Assembly: GCA_041744995.1 (NCBI GenBank)
Contig: JBGTJT010000722.1
Span: 1 to 47,020 of the forward strand
From: Pirellulales bacterium
GTDB taxonomy: Bacteria > Planctomycetota > Planctomycetia > Pirellulales > UBA7805
Direction of reading: 5' to 3'
DNA length: 47,020 nt
Shown here: positions 32,008 through 42,500 of the stretch, one piece after another
How positions within the stretch are numbered: position 1 is the first letter of the stretch
Layout: the number at the start of each line of letters is the position of its first letter
Program-made: the position numbers and the translations under genes
The notes under the pieces: model-generated
Database searches by the model: none
What the model was told of the DNA's origin: nothing
The model's input: only the letters and a program-made list of their open reading frames with translations

Positions 32008-34980
32008 CTAGGTGGTCACCAATTCTTGACCTCGCCGCGTCAACAGGGCGGCGCCTTCTGGTAGTAAACCGTAAGCCAAGGCCAGAACTTTCAAGGGATG
32101 GAAGGTCGGCTTGGTCGTGCCTTGCTCCATTTGCATTTTACACGCGGTGCATTCCGTCGTGCCGGCCTGATAGCGGGGATCCCGCACTGCGCCGATCAGA
32201 TCGAATCCGGCCCGCAAGCTGCTACGATAGTTCTGCTTGCGAACGCCGTACAGACCGGCCATGCCGGAACAGCCGCACTCGGCTCGCGTGACCTTCATGC
32301 CTGGAATTAGGCGCAACAGATGCTCGCCCGGAGCGCCGAAGCCGAGTGCCTTTTGATGGCACGGCAAGTGATAGAGTAAATTGGCGTTGACTGGCTTGAA
32401 GTCCAATTGCAGTTTGCCTTGCTGGTGCATTCTCCACAGGTAGTTGCAAGCCTCGCTGGTGTTCTCGGCGACGAGCCGCGCTTCGTCGTCGTCGAGCAAC
32501 GCCAAGTATTCGTGCGTCAAGGCAAGCGCAGCGGAAGGCTCGGTCGCGACGACGTGGTAGCCCAGCCGCACCGCTTCGGCGAGAATCTCCACGTTATGAA
32601 CGGCCAGGCGCTTGGCGCGGTCGATGGCCCCCTCGGTGATCAGCGCCATGCCCGATTCTCCCAGTCCGGGCGGCACATAAACCGAGACACCGTGATGTTC
32701 CATGATCGCGACGAACGCTTCGGCCAACTGTGGATCGAAGTAGTTGGCGTAGGTATCGGTAAAATAGACCACCTTCGCCTCGCTGCCGCGCGACAGCCGA
32801 TTGAGCCGCCGGCGCGCCGCTTGCCGCGCAAAGGGGCGGGGGGCGAAACGCGGCAGCTTGCGTCCCTGGGCGATGCCCAGAAACCGTTCCAGCAGCCAGC
32901 GGGCGGTACGATTCCCCAGCGCCCAATTCGACAACGGACTGACCGCACTGCCCCACTTGCCGACGCCCCCCAATCGAATCAGCAGGCTGTCGCGGGGACG
33001 AAGGCCGTTGACGGCCACGTAGGCCCCCTTGGCCTCGGTCATCAGACTGGGAATGTCGACGTTGGCGGGACACTCGCTCCGGCATTGATGGCAGTTGACG
33101 CATAAGTCGGCCAACGCCTTGAACTCTTCACTGGCAACCGCTTCGGGCGGGAGCTCGCCGCTGAGCACGCCTCGCATCAGGTTGGCCTTGGCGCGGGGAG
33201 ACGCTTCCTCGCGCGGCGACGCCCGGAAGATGGGGCACATTCGCACGTCGGGCAACTGTGAGCGGCAGGCCCCGCAGCCGTTGCAGTTGCGCGCCGCGCT
33301 CGACACCTGATCGAGATTCCAGTTCAATTGCAGTTCGACTGTTCCCAGCAACTCGCGACCGGCCGGTGCCCCGCCCGAGTCCGGGGCCGATTCTTTCTCG
33401 CCGACGAATGTCACGGGGCGCAAGTGTTTGGTCAACGCATCGGTTTCCCCGCCGATCACCTTGCCCGGATTGAGCAGATTGTTCGGATCGAAGATCTGTT
33501 TCAAGTCGCGAAACGAATCGTAAAGCGGACCGTACTGGCGGCGAATAAACTGGGTGCGGCTGAATCCGTCGCCATGCTCGCCGCTGATCGTGCCGCCCGC
33601 CAACCACACCTGTTCGTACAGTTCGGCGGCAATCTGCTCCATCCGCCGCACGTCGGCCGACGACGCCAAATCGAGAAACGGCCGCACGTGCAACTGTCCG
33701 TGGCCGGCGTGTCCGAACAGCGAGAAGGTCGCTTGATGTTTCTTGAACACGTTCTGCATGGAGGTCAAGAACCCGGGCAGCGCCGCCGGCGGAACCGCCA
33801 GGTCTTCCACAAACGGCAGCGGTCGGCTCGATCCCTTGAGCCGGTAGAGGGTGGGCACCACATGACGGGCCAGGCCCCAATAAAGCTCAACTTCCGTTGG
33901 ATCGATCGTATGCCGGGCGCCGAACGCCAGCTTCTTGCGCCGCCAGAGCCGATCGATCATTCGCCGCAGCGAATCGCGCACCTCGTCCATGTCGTCGCCG
34001 GCAAACTCGACCAGCAACACCGCCTCGGTCTCCGCGGGAATCAGTAGATCGAACCGCACGTCGTGCTCGCGCGCGAGACTTACATGCCGGCGGTCCATCA
34101 GGTCGCAGGCGGCGGGCGAAAAAGCGACGACCTCCGTGACGGCGCGGGCGGCGTTCTCCATGCTGCCGAACAGCAGCAATGCCACGGCCCGATACCGCAC
34201 ATCCGGCTCGATTCCGACCGTGGCTTCGGTCGTCAGCGCCAAGGTTCCGGCCGACCCGGTCAGCAACTTTGCTAGGTCGAGGTGCGTGTCGGTCAGCACG
34301 TCGTTGAGCTGATAGCCGCAGCGGTTGACCGGCGAACGGGGCGAATGCTCGGCCAGCAAATCGCCGGAGCGGCGAATCAACGAAGCGACCTCGCGGACCA
34401 ACCGCCGACGTTGCGGAAACGGATCGTCGGCGCGTTCGAGTGGTTCGTTGCCAAGCTCCAGCCGCGTGCCGTCGGCCAGCACCACTTGCAGCGATTCGAC
34501 GTGTCGCCGGGCGGAGCCGTATTGCAGCCAATGGCTGCCGGCGGAGTCGACGCCGATCACTCCCCCCATGGTTGTGACGGCCGACATGGCCGGATCGGGT
34601 CCAAAGATCATGCTGCGCTCGGCAAGCGTGCGGTTGAGCCGGGCATGCACCACGCCCGGTTGCAGTCGCACGCGTCGATCGTCGACGCGGAGGATCCGTT
34701 GCATGGACCGTGAAAAATCGAGTACCAGCCCGCCGCCAAGCGACTCGCCCGCCAGGCCGGTTCCAGCCCCGCGGGCGTGAATCGGCAGACCGTTTTCGGC
34801 GGCGTACTGCGTGCAGGCCACCACGTCGTCGGAGTGGCTCGGACAAACCACCGCCATCGGCCGTACCTGATAGATGCTGGCGTCGCTGGCGTAGAGCTGC
34901 AAAAACAGATCGTCGCAGCGCACCAGCCCGTCGATCAGGCCGCGCAAGTCGTCGAGAATTCGCTCTCGTTGGTGATCCAT
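32008..34980 (-). CDS. FAD-linked oxidase fused to an Fe-S / CCG-domain oxidoreductase (YdiJ / GlcD-GlcF fusion type 2-hydroxyacid dehydrogenase-like)
   Basis: 990 aa. N-terminal FAD-binding PCMH domain (HARGAGTGLAGESLGG), central 2x[4Fe-4S]-type Cys motifs (CNGCGACRSQ..., CVNCHQCRSECP) and C-terminal Cys-rich CCG-like repeats (LPCHQKALG, CGCSGMAG). The stop is 2 nt from the moaD start. Confidence 0.85.
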   Translation of the reverse strand: MDHQRERILDDLRGLIDGLVRCDDLFLQLYASDASIYQVRPMAVVCPSHSDDVVACTQYAAENGLPIHARGAGTGLAGESLGGGLVLDFSRSMQRILRVDDRRVRLQPGVVHARLNRTLAERSMIFGPDPAMSAVTTMGGVIGVDSAGSHWLQYGSARRHVESLQVVLADGTRLELGNEPLERADDPFPQRRRLVREVASLIRRSGDLLAEHSPRSPVNRCGYQLNDVLTDTHLDLAKLLTGSAGTLALTTEATVGIEPDVRYRAVALLLFGSMENAARAVTEVVAFSPAACDLMDRRHVSLAREHDVRFDLLIPAETEAVLLVEFAGDDMDEVRDSLRRMIDRLWRRKKLAFGARHTIDPTEVELYWGLARHVVPTLYRLKGSSRPLPFVEDLAVPPAALPGFLTSMQNVFKKHQATFSLFGHAGHGQLHVRPFLDLASSADVRRMEQIAAELYEQVWLAGGTISGEHGDGFSRTQFIRRQYGPLYDSFRDLKQIFDPNNLLNPGKVIGGETDALTKHLRPVTFVGEKESAPDSGGAPAGRELLGTVELQLNWNLDQVSSAARNCNGCGACRSQLPDVRMCPIFRASPREEASPRAKANLMRGVLSGELPPEAVASEEFKALADLCVNCHQCRSECPANVDIPSLMTEAKGAYVAVNGLRPRDSLLIRLGGVGKWGSAVSPLSNWALGNRTARWLLERFLGIAQGRKLPRFAPRPFARQAARRRLNRLSRGSEAKVVYFTDTYANYFDPQLAEAFVAIMEHHGVSVYVPPGLGESGMALITEGAIDRAKRLAVHNVEILAEAVRLGYHVVATEPSAALALTHEYLALLDDDEARLVAENTSEACNYLWRMHQQGKLQLDFKPVNANLLYHLPCHQKALGFGAPGEHLLRLIPGMKVTRAECGCSGMAGLYGVRKQNYRSSLRAGFDLIGAVRDPRYQAGTTECTACKMQMEQGTTKPTFHPLKVLALAYGLLPEGAALLTRRGQELVTT

Positions 34981-35068
34981 GGGATAGCCGAGATTAAGTT
35001 GAACCGCAGGGAGCAGTCCAGGATGATAAGTCGATTTCCCTGCCGTTGTTGCTTGCCGAGGGACATTG

Positions 35069-35590
35069 TTAGCCCGATCTCGGCGCCGAGGCGGATTCGG
35101 TCGTCGTGTGGGACGCTGCCGCCGACTCCTGTTGCCGAGCCGCCAACTGTCGATAGCGCTCGTGCGTTTCCAGATTGAAACCGGCGTGGTCGTCGAGGTT
35201 GCTCAGTCCGCGGTAATGGGCGTTGCAGCGATAGCAGACCAGCGCCTCGCCCATCGTGATATACAGCAGCACATCGATCCCGGCCGTAAGGAACAGAATC
35301 GCATACGCCCACAGCGGGCGGCTGTCGTACCAGGCAATACTGCTGAGGACAAACCCCGCGACTACGATCGCGATGCCCAGGCGTTGGGGGAAATCCTTCC
35401 GTATGAATAGTTCGCGACTCGGGCAGACCAGACAATGGCGCAATTGCTGCTCGCCGTCGACTTCGCTGACCGCGTCGGGCGGTAACTCCACGGCGAGGCC
35501 GCAGTTGTCGCAGGAAAACGAGTCGGTCGCGGCGTCGATTTCGGCGCGAATGGTCGTGTCGCAGGTGGGACAGGCGCAGGTTAGGTTCAT
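35069..35590 (-). CDS. Membrane protein with two zinc-ribbon-like CxxC pairs flanking a TM hairpin
   Basis: 173 aa. CPTC...CDNC at the N-terminus, then CLVC - TM (LGIAIVVAGFVLSSIAW) - TM (LWAYAILFLTAGIDVLLYITMG) - CYRC. The start is 7 nt after the preceding gene's stop. Confidence 0.6.
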   Translation of the reverse strand: MNLTCACPTCDTTIRAEIDAATDSFSCDNCGLAVELPPDAVSEVDGEQQLRHCLVCPSRELFIRKDFPQRLGIAIVVAGFVLSSIAWYDSRPLWAYAILFLTAGIDVLLYITMGEALVCYRCNAHYRGLSNLDDHAGFNLETHERYRQLAARQQESAAASHTTTESASAPRSG

Positions 35591-35597
35591 ACCTCTA

Positions 35598-36413
35598 TCA
35601 TAATGGATAAAGGGTTTGCGCCGACAGTAGTTGCGCGCTCAGTTCGCCGGTAAAGGTGGTAATCACCGCCACATAGAGGATCCCCGTCGCGCTCTGCGTA
35701 TTGGGGATTTTCAGCGTTCGCCAAGCCATCCAGGTCAGCAGCATCGGCCCAGCCAACCCCGAGAGCCAACGAATCGCCAGAAAGGCCAACTGCAGCCCGT
35801 CGAACGAGAGGCCACGCTGCCATTCCAATCCCAGGCCAACCAAACTGATCACCGCCCGAATAGACAGGGCGACCGCCATCCAGGCGAGCAATCGCACCAA
35901 CGGTGCAATCTGCATGGTGGGGCTGTTGAGGTACCAATGCCCTAGCAGCATGGCCGCCATCGTAATGCCCAGCACCGCGCCGCCGGCGGGGGCGTTGGCG
36001 TGGCGCAAGAACGCATTCGTATAGTTCACCGGTACGTCGCTGATCGAGGTCTCCACGGGAGGTGGCGACGATGGCGGAGTAGCCAAATAGTCGGGTGTAG
36101 CAGTCCAAGCTGCTGCCAGGGCTAGGAGGGCGACCACGATTAACATGATCCTGCCGCTTCGTTGCTGCTCGTAAAGCCACATGACCGAACCGACGTAGCT
36201 GGCTACCACGACGGCCCCTGATAGCCAGGCAGCCAGTTTGAGGGATTCGGTAAAACAGATCAGCGTGCTAAACGCACTCAGCCCGAGAATGACGTACAGC
36301 GTGTTGCGGAAATATCCGCTAGTAACTTGCTTGGGCGATACCAGCGCCATGCCGAGCGCCAAACCGAACGCGAGGCGCAACAGGAACTGAAGTAGTTGAA
36401 GTAGCAGGTCCAC
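35598..36413 (-). CDS. Polytopic integral membrane protein, hypothetical
   Basis: 271 aa with about 7-8 hydrophobic helices. Lies 18 nt downstream of folE. No family recognised. Confidence 0.6.
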   Translation of the reverse strand: MDLLLQLLQFLLRLAFGLALGMALVSPKQVTSGYFRNTLYVILGLSAFSTLICFTESLKLAAWLSGAVVVASYVGSVMWLYEQQRSGRIMLIVVALLALAAAWTATPDYLATPPSSPPPVETSISDVPVNYTNAFLRHANAPAGGAVLGITMAAMLLGHWYLNSPTMQIAPLVRLLAWMAVALSIRAVISLVGLGLEWQRGLSFDGLQLAFLAIRWLSGLAGPMLLTWMAWRTLKIPNTQSATGILYVAVITTFTGELSAQLLSAQTLYPL

Positions 36414-36431
36414 GAGAATACTCCCGCCACT

Positions 36432-37082
36432 TTACGTGCGATTGCCGTAGATGAGCGTCATGATCTCCGATCGGCTCGATAAGTGGGAGCGGAAGATTCC
36501 CTTCATCGCCGAAGTGACGCACAGGCTGCCCGGCTTGCGAATGCCGCGAACGGTCATGCATGTGTGGGTCGCTTCCAGCACCACGGCCACCCCCTTGGCG
36601 TCAAGTTCCTCCATCAGCAGATTGGCGATCTGTTGCGTCATCCGTTCCTGCACTTGGGGCCGCTTGGCAAAGCCTTCCACCACCCGGGCCAACTTGCTCA
36701 GTCCCAGCACCTTGCCGGCCGGCAGGTAGCCAATGTGAGCCTTCCCCATGAACGGCAGCAAATGATGTTCGCAGGTGCTGTTGAAGCTGATGTCGCGCAC
36801 CAGCACCACCTCGTCGTATTCCTCGGTGAACACCTTTTTTAGGTGGGCGGCCGGATCCTCGTGCAGTCCGGCGAAGATTTCCGCGTACATCCGCGCGACG
36901 CGTGCGGGCGTTTCCAAGAGTCCCTCGCGGTCGGGGTCTTCGCCGACCGCCGCTAGGATTTCACGCACCGCCCGTTCAATCCGCGGCAGATCGACCTGGC
37001 CCGTCGCCGGCGGAAGCGGATCGTCCAACTCGCCCATCAGGCTGCCTGCCAGTCGATCGGTGGATTGCTCATTCTGTGCCAT
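36432..37082 (-). CDS. folE: GTP cyclohydrolase I
   Basis: [44 protein letters not shown] and QVQERMT motifs are diagnostic of FolE type I. Confidence 0.93.
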   Translation of the reverse strand: MAQNEQSTDRLAGSLMGELDDPLPPATGQVDLPRIERAVREILAAVGEDPDREGLLETPARVARMYAEIFAGLHEDPAAHLKKVFTEEYDEVVLVRDISFNSTCEHHLLPFMGKAHIGYLPAGKVLGLSKLARVVEGFAKRPQVQERMTQQIANLLMEELDAKGVAVVLEATHTCMTVRGIRKPGSLCVTSAMKGIFRSHLSSRSEIMTLIYGNRT

Positions 37083-37265
37083 GAAGTACGCCTGACTATT
37101 TGCGGGACTGCTGAATCTGTTGATCGTAACGGCGAGCCGATGGATTGGTCAAGTTGCCAAATCGTGTCGTCGAAGTCGCCAGAACGTCTGTGCAGCGGAA
37201 CTGCCCATCGCCAGCGAGACCATCGCCAGCTTGAGCGAGTCCATCGACAGGTAGCGAAATCGCGT

Positions 37266-37994
37266 CTAATTCTCGCTAAAGTCGGGCGGGAACCTGACAC
37301 GAGCCGAATCTTGATCGCTTTCGCCCAGCTCCGCGATGCACTCAATCAGGCATCGCGCCCGGCGATCGACATGAATCTCCTCCAGCAGCGTTTCCTTGAT
37401 CTCCGTCGGCAAACTGAGCGTGTAGGCGACGATGTCCGTCAACGGTCCTAGTCCGATGTCGCCGTCGAGCAGCGGCGCCAAATGCTCGCGCGCCTCGCTA
37501 AGCCCGGACAGCGCCGTGCGAAACGCCTCGATCAACTCCTCGTGCAACGCGGCGATCGCTTCATGTCCGCCGGCGGGATAGCAGTCCTCGACCAGCAGCG
37601 CTTTCGCTTCTCGATACGCCCGCCTTGGCGGCAGTTCCTCGACGAGCTGAATCCGAGACAGCCCCACCAACAACAGATTGAACCGGCCGTCTGGCATGCG
37701 ATGGTGGGTGACAATCTTGCCGAGGCAGCCAAACGGCCTCAGCGCAGGACGGCCGTCGTAGTCCGCCTCCCAGCCTGATTCGAACTGCGCCGTGGCGATC
37801 AGTCGGTCACCTGCGAGTGCATCCTCGGTCATTTCACGATAGCGCGGTTCGAAGATATGCAACGGTTGCATCACGTGCGGAAACAATACCAGGTTCGGCA
37901 CCGGAAACAACCGCACGACGCCGCGGAAATCGGCTGGCACAAAGTGAGGTTCGTCCTGAATGGGCATGCGAGTCCTTGGCGGGGAAGTGGTCAT
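37266..37994 (-). CDS. Lon N-terminal (substrate-binding, PUA-like) domain-only protein
   Basis: VRLFPVPNLVLFPHVMQPLHIFEPRYREM... is the Lon N-domain signature. 242 aa with no AAA+ or protease domain. The start overlaps the stop of the upstream DUF309 gene by 1 nt (TGATG). Confidence 0.75.
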   Translation of the reverse strand: MTTSPPRTRMPIQDEPHFVPADFRGVVRLFPVPNLVLFPHVMQPLHIFEPRYREMTEDALAGDRLIATAQFESGWEADYDGRPALRPFGCLGKIVTHHRMPDGRFNLLLVGLSRIQLVEELPPRRAYREAKALLVEDCYPAGGHEAIAALHEELIEAFRTALSGLSEAREHLAPLLDGDIGLGPLTDIVAYTLSLPTEIKETLLEEIHVDRRARCLIECIAELGESDQDSARVRFPPDFSEN

Positions 37995-38389
37995 CAGGTG
38001 CGAGCGGGCGGATCGAGATGGATCTCGGGAATTAGCTCCGGGTCAATCGTCAGCTTGGGAAACTCTTCGGTACTGGCGAGCACCTCGGCAAAACATTGTT
38101 CGAACTGCTCGAACAGCCGTTCCAGGTCGACGCCCATGTGATGGGGGCGGAACGACTCCAAGTGGTTGCGGCTGCTTGTATACACCTTGCGGGCGCCGCG
38201 AATGTTCTCATTGACGAAATGGTGCAAGGCGACCGCGACTTGGATCAAACCCTGATAAAACTCTCGGGAGGGGCCGCGATACTCGGTCCATACTTCTTCC
38301 CACGCCTCGTGGGCCTCGAAGAACTCACAGTCGTTGAAATAGCGGATCCCGACGAGATACAACTCGGGATAATCGGTGGTTTCATCCAT
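37994..38389 (-). CDS. DUF309 domain protein
   Basis: GIRYFNDCEFFEAHEAWEEVW...GLIQVAVALHH matches the DUF309 helical signature. Confidence 0.7.
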   Translation of the reverse strand: MDETTDYPELYLVGIRYFNDCEFFEAHEAWEEVWTEYRGPSREFYQGLIQVAVALHHFVNENIRGARKVYTSSRNHLESFRPHHMGVDLERLFEQFEQCFAEVLASTEEFPKLTIDPELIPEIHLDPPART

Positions 38390-38619
38390 CGGCGAGACTC
38401 TTTCGGCTGGAGGGACTATAGGCGCGCCCCAGAGCAGACGGCCAGCGGCATTCGTTCCACATGCATGGTAACCGGTCGCCCCCGACGAGGCGAGCGCGGC
38501 CGGTCGGCCGGCGAATTCATCGCCCCGGACGATGCCCCGTTATGTCGCCCCGCAGCATTTGCTACCATGAGTGGGTTGTCGGATCGATTACGCAATCCAC
38601 CCAATCGAGTCATCGAATC

Positions 38620-39462
38620 ATGAGTCATGGACACCCGCAAGCGGCCGAAACGCCCATCTCCCTGCAGCCGCGGGAAGGCTGGCATTGCCTGCATATTTAT
38701 TATGCCTTCGATCGCGCGATGCTCAACGACTTCGCCGAGTACGAGATCGCCTCCGGCCGGATGGATCTGATCGACATCCTCGATCCTCAGCAGGAATTGT
38801 CTCCGGCGCGGCTGCAAACGTCGATCGTCTCGGGACATAAGGCCGATTTCGGTCTGATGATGATGGACCCCGACCCGCTCAAGCTCGACCGCGTGCATCA
38901 ACGCCTGATGGCCAGCCCGCTGGGTTTGACGCTTGAGCCGACCTACTCCTACGTTTCGATCAGCGATATTTCGGAATACGTGCCGAGCGTCGAGCAATAT
39001 GGCAAGCGACTGGTCGAGGAGGGGGAGGCCGAAGGGAGCGCCGCCTACCTGGCGAAGCTCAAAGCCTACGAGCAGCGCGAGACGATGATGCGCAAACAGC
39101 GGCTGACGCCCGATTTCCCCGAGTGGCCCGCCACCTGCTTTTATCCGATGAATAAGATGCGTCTGCCGGGTGCGAACTGGTTCATGCTCGACTTCGAAAC
39201 TCGCAATAAACTAATGGCCGAACACGGCCGCAGCGGCATGAAGTTCGGCGGCAAGGTCACGCAGTTGATCACCGTCGGCGTGGGGCTGGACGATTGGGAG
39301 TGGGGCGTCACGCTGTGGGCCAAAAACCCGGAGTATCTCAAGGAGATCGTCTACACCATGCGGTTCGACGAGGCGAGCGCCGCCTACGCCGAGTTTGGAC
39401 CGTTCTATACGAGCTACGTCAGCACCGCTGAAAAAATGCTCGACCACTGCGAGATTCGGTAG
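38620..39462 (+). CDS. Chlorite dismutase family protein (HemQ/ChdC-like haem-binding fold)
   Basis: Start at ATG 38620 (MSHGHPQ...). WHCLHIYYAFD, GHKADFGLMMM, CFYPMNKMR, LMAEHGRSG (proximal-His context), DDWEWGVTLWA and MRFDEASA are typical of the Cld/HemQ family. ORF-track start 38461 is rejected. Confidence 0.75.
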   Translation: MSHGHPQAAETPISLQPREGWHCLHIYYAFDRAMLNDFAEYEIASGRMDLIDILDPQQELSPARLQTSIVSGHKADFGLMMMDPDPLKLDRVHQRLMASPLGLTLEPTYSYVSISDISEYVPSVEQYGKRLVEEGEAEGSAAYLAKLKAYEQRETMMRKQRLTPDFPEWPATCFYPMNKMRLPGANWFMLDFETRNKLMAEHGRSGMKFGGKVTQLITVGVGLDDWEWGVTLWAKNPEYLKEIVYTMRFDEASAAYAEFGPFYTSYVSTAEKMLDHCEIR

Positions 39463-39513
39463 GACGATTCTGGGCTTTCGGGGCGGACGTGAATCAATTG
39501 TGCCGTTCACGAT

Positions 39514-42500
39514 TTATTCACCAGACGATGTTTCTTCTGTCTTTCCACCAGCGGGCGTTTTCGCGCCGTTGGGGCCGTACTCGCCGTTGCCATTGCTGTC
39601 GATCAGCGGCTCGCCGCCGCTGTCGTCAATCAGAATAATTGGTCCGCTGCTTGCTGACGATGCAGTGGGCTTCGCTTCCGGCAGCGGCTCGCTCGGCTGC
39701 GGTTTGTCGGATTCGGCTGAGTAAAACAGAAAGCTCGAAATGCGTCGCTCTGTTTTCTCAATCAACGAACTGTAGGCCAGGCTGTACAGCACCGGCACCA
39801 CCACCAAGGTCAGCAACGTGGCCATTGCCAGCCCGTACACGACCGCCGCGCAGAGCGGTTGCCAAAACTCCGCGCCCCCCGACCAGTTGCCCAACAGCGG
39901 CAGTAGGCCGCCTATGGTGGTCACGGTCGTCAATAGCACCGGTCGCAGACGATTGACCCCTGCTTCGACAATGGCGTCGTTGATCGCCATACCGCGGCGC
40001 CGCGCCCGGTTGGCGAATTCGACCAGCACGATCGAGTCGTTGACCACGATGCCGGTCAGACTGACCAATCCGATGAACGACGCCAATGAGAAGGGAAAGC
40101 CCATGATCCAGTGGCCCACGATCACGCCAATGAAGCTCAACGGCACCGCCGACAGCACGATCATGGTTTGACGAAAGCTGTTGAACTGCAACACCAAGAT
40201 CGCGAAGATCAGAATCACGGCGATGGCCATCGCGTTGAGCAAGTAGGCAAAGTTTTTGTCCCGTTCCTCGTTCTCGCCGGTGAAAATGGCGCGGACTCCG
40301 TCGGCTTCCGTGCCGGGCGCGCCGAGAAAGGCGATCGCGTGAGCCTCCTGCGGATCCTTGCCCAGCAGGCTTAATATCCAGTTCCGCGTATTTTGCACGA
40401 CCGCCATCACCCCGACCGGCCGGGGCGGCGGAACCGGGCGGAAGCCGAGTTCCGGCAGGATCTCCGCGCGCAACTGTTGGAATACGTCGTCCGGCTTCAG
40501 GCCGTTCTTCACGTCGCACTTGGCCAGGACCGCTCGGCTGCGGTCGCGGCGATTGACGGAAAACAGGCCCATGTCGCGATGGATGTCGGTTAAGGTACCA
40601 ATCGGCGCCCGCTGCCCGCTGGGACTGACGATCATCAGCCGTTCGATGTCCTCCTTTGAGCGTTGGAACTCGGGCGCCACTTGCAGCCGTACCGTCACAT
40701 CTTCCTTTTCCAGCGGCAGTTCGATTGTCGTGTCTCCAAGAATCGCCGTGGCGACCGATTGGGCGACCTGCGCCTCGGTCATGCCGTACAGACCGACCAC
40801 CGCGGCGTTTGGCTCGACGACGATCTCGGGACTATCGGGGCGGTAGTCGGTCCGCGCGTCGGCGACGTTTGCGATCTGTGCGAATCGCGCTGTGATCTGT
40901 TCGGCAAATCGGCCCAACTGTTCCACGTTGTCGCCGGTCAGGCGCACCGCCACGTCTGCGCCGCCAGGGGGGCCGTCTTGTGGTTGTTCGATCAGTAACT
41001 TGATGCCCGGCCACGGCTTCATGTTGGCGCGAATCTGTTTCTCGACGTCGTTGATGTGCCGCTTCCGATCCAACGGTGAAGTGAGCTGCACCATCACGGT
41101 GCCAAACTCCGGCCCAGCCGCGGAGTCTCCTTCCAGGCGGCTGGCCAGTCCTTCCGAGGATCCGATCGAGGTCACGTAATGCTGCACCTCGCCCGATTGT
41201 TGCAAGTCGCGAAGCGGCGCGACGATCGCGTCTTGGGCCGCCAAGGTTTCCTCGATGCTGTAGCCCAGCGGCAACTCATACGAGATCACCAGTTGGCCGC
41301 GGTCGCTGCCGGGAAAGAACTTCAAGCCGATCTGCTTGAGCAGGAAGAATGCGCCCACCACCGCAACGATCATTGCGACCACCACCGCCCAGCGGGCGTG
41401 CAAGGCGGCCCGCAGGAATGAACCATACGACCGCGCCAGAAATCCAATGTTGGGCCGCACATGGTCGCTTTCGACGACGGTCTCCCCGCGATGCCGCGCC
41501 TGAATCTTGCGGGTCTTCGCCAACTTGGCCTGCACGTCTTTGCGGCTGTACCAGCGACTGGCGACCACCGGGATCAAAAAGTGATCGACCAGGATCGAAC
41601 CGATCAGCGCAACCGTGACGACCTTGGGCATCACGCCCATGAAGTCTCCCATGATGCCGGGGACAAGCAACATCGGCAAATAGGCGCAGATGGTCGTCAG
41701 ATCGGCGGCGATCACCGGCATGCTGACTTCCTCGATGCCGAGTTTGGATGCGGTAATCGGATCCTCGCCACGCTCGATGTGCCGGTGGATGTTCTCGGCG
41801 ACGATGATCGCCCCGTCGACCACCATGCCGAGCACGAGAATGTAGGCGAAGATCACCATGTTGGAGATCGGGATGTTGAAGAAATAGAGAAACGCCAAAG
41901 CCACCGCGCAGCTCATTGGGATCGCCATCAACACGATCAGCGCGGTTTTTAAGTCCATCGCCCAAGCGAGAATCACCAGCACCAACAGCGCCCCGAACAT
42001 GAAGCTGCTGCCGAGCACGCGAAACATCAGGGCGATTTCCTCGGACGTGTCGCGGGTGGTGGTAAACTTGATATGGGGGTATTGATCCCGCAATTGCTCT
42101 ACCCGGGCCTTCACTGCCTGAGCGGCGGCCAGCGTGTTGATATCGGCCTCTTTATTGACGATGATCGTGGCCGCTTCCTGGCCGTCGATCATGGACAGAC
42201 TCTTGGGGCGGCGGTAGGTGTCGAGTACCTCGGCGATATCGGAGATATGGATCACCTGCTCGCCGCGGCGCGCAAGAACCGCCTCGCGGATATCGTCCAC
42301 GCCGCGAAACCGGGTTTCACTGCGGACTTGCGGGTCGAGCACGCCGCTGTCGAGCGACCCGCCCGGCAGTTCCGAGTGAAACGCCAGCATCGCCTGCTTG
42401 ATATCGCCCAGCGTGACATCGTATTCGGCCATCAGGTCGGGATGGACGTTCACGTGAAATTCCCGCTCGCGTCCGCCGAACAATTGCGTGTTGGCTACGC

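Noticed and set aside
35005-35020. Weak GG-N10-GC motif TGGACTgctccCTGCG upstream of the FAD/Fe-S dehydrogenase gene, and a similar TGGCGAtggtcTCGCT upstream of folE at about 37200-37215.
   Set aside because: Only the minimal GG/GC dinucleotides plus a few flanking bases match. Such matches are expected by chance in GC-rich DNA.
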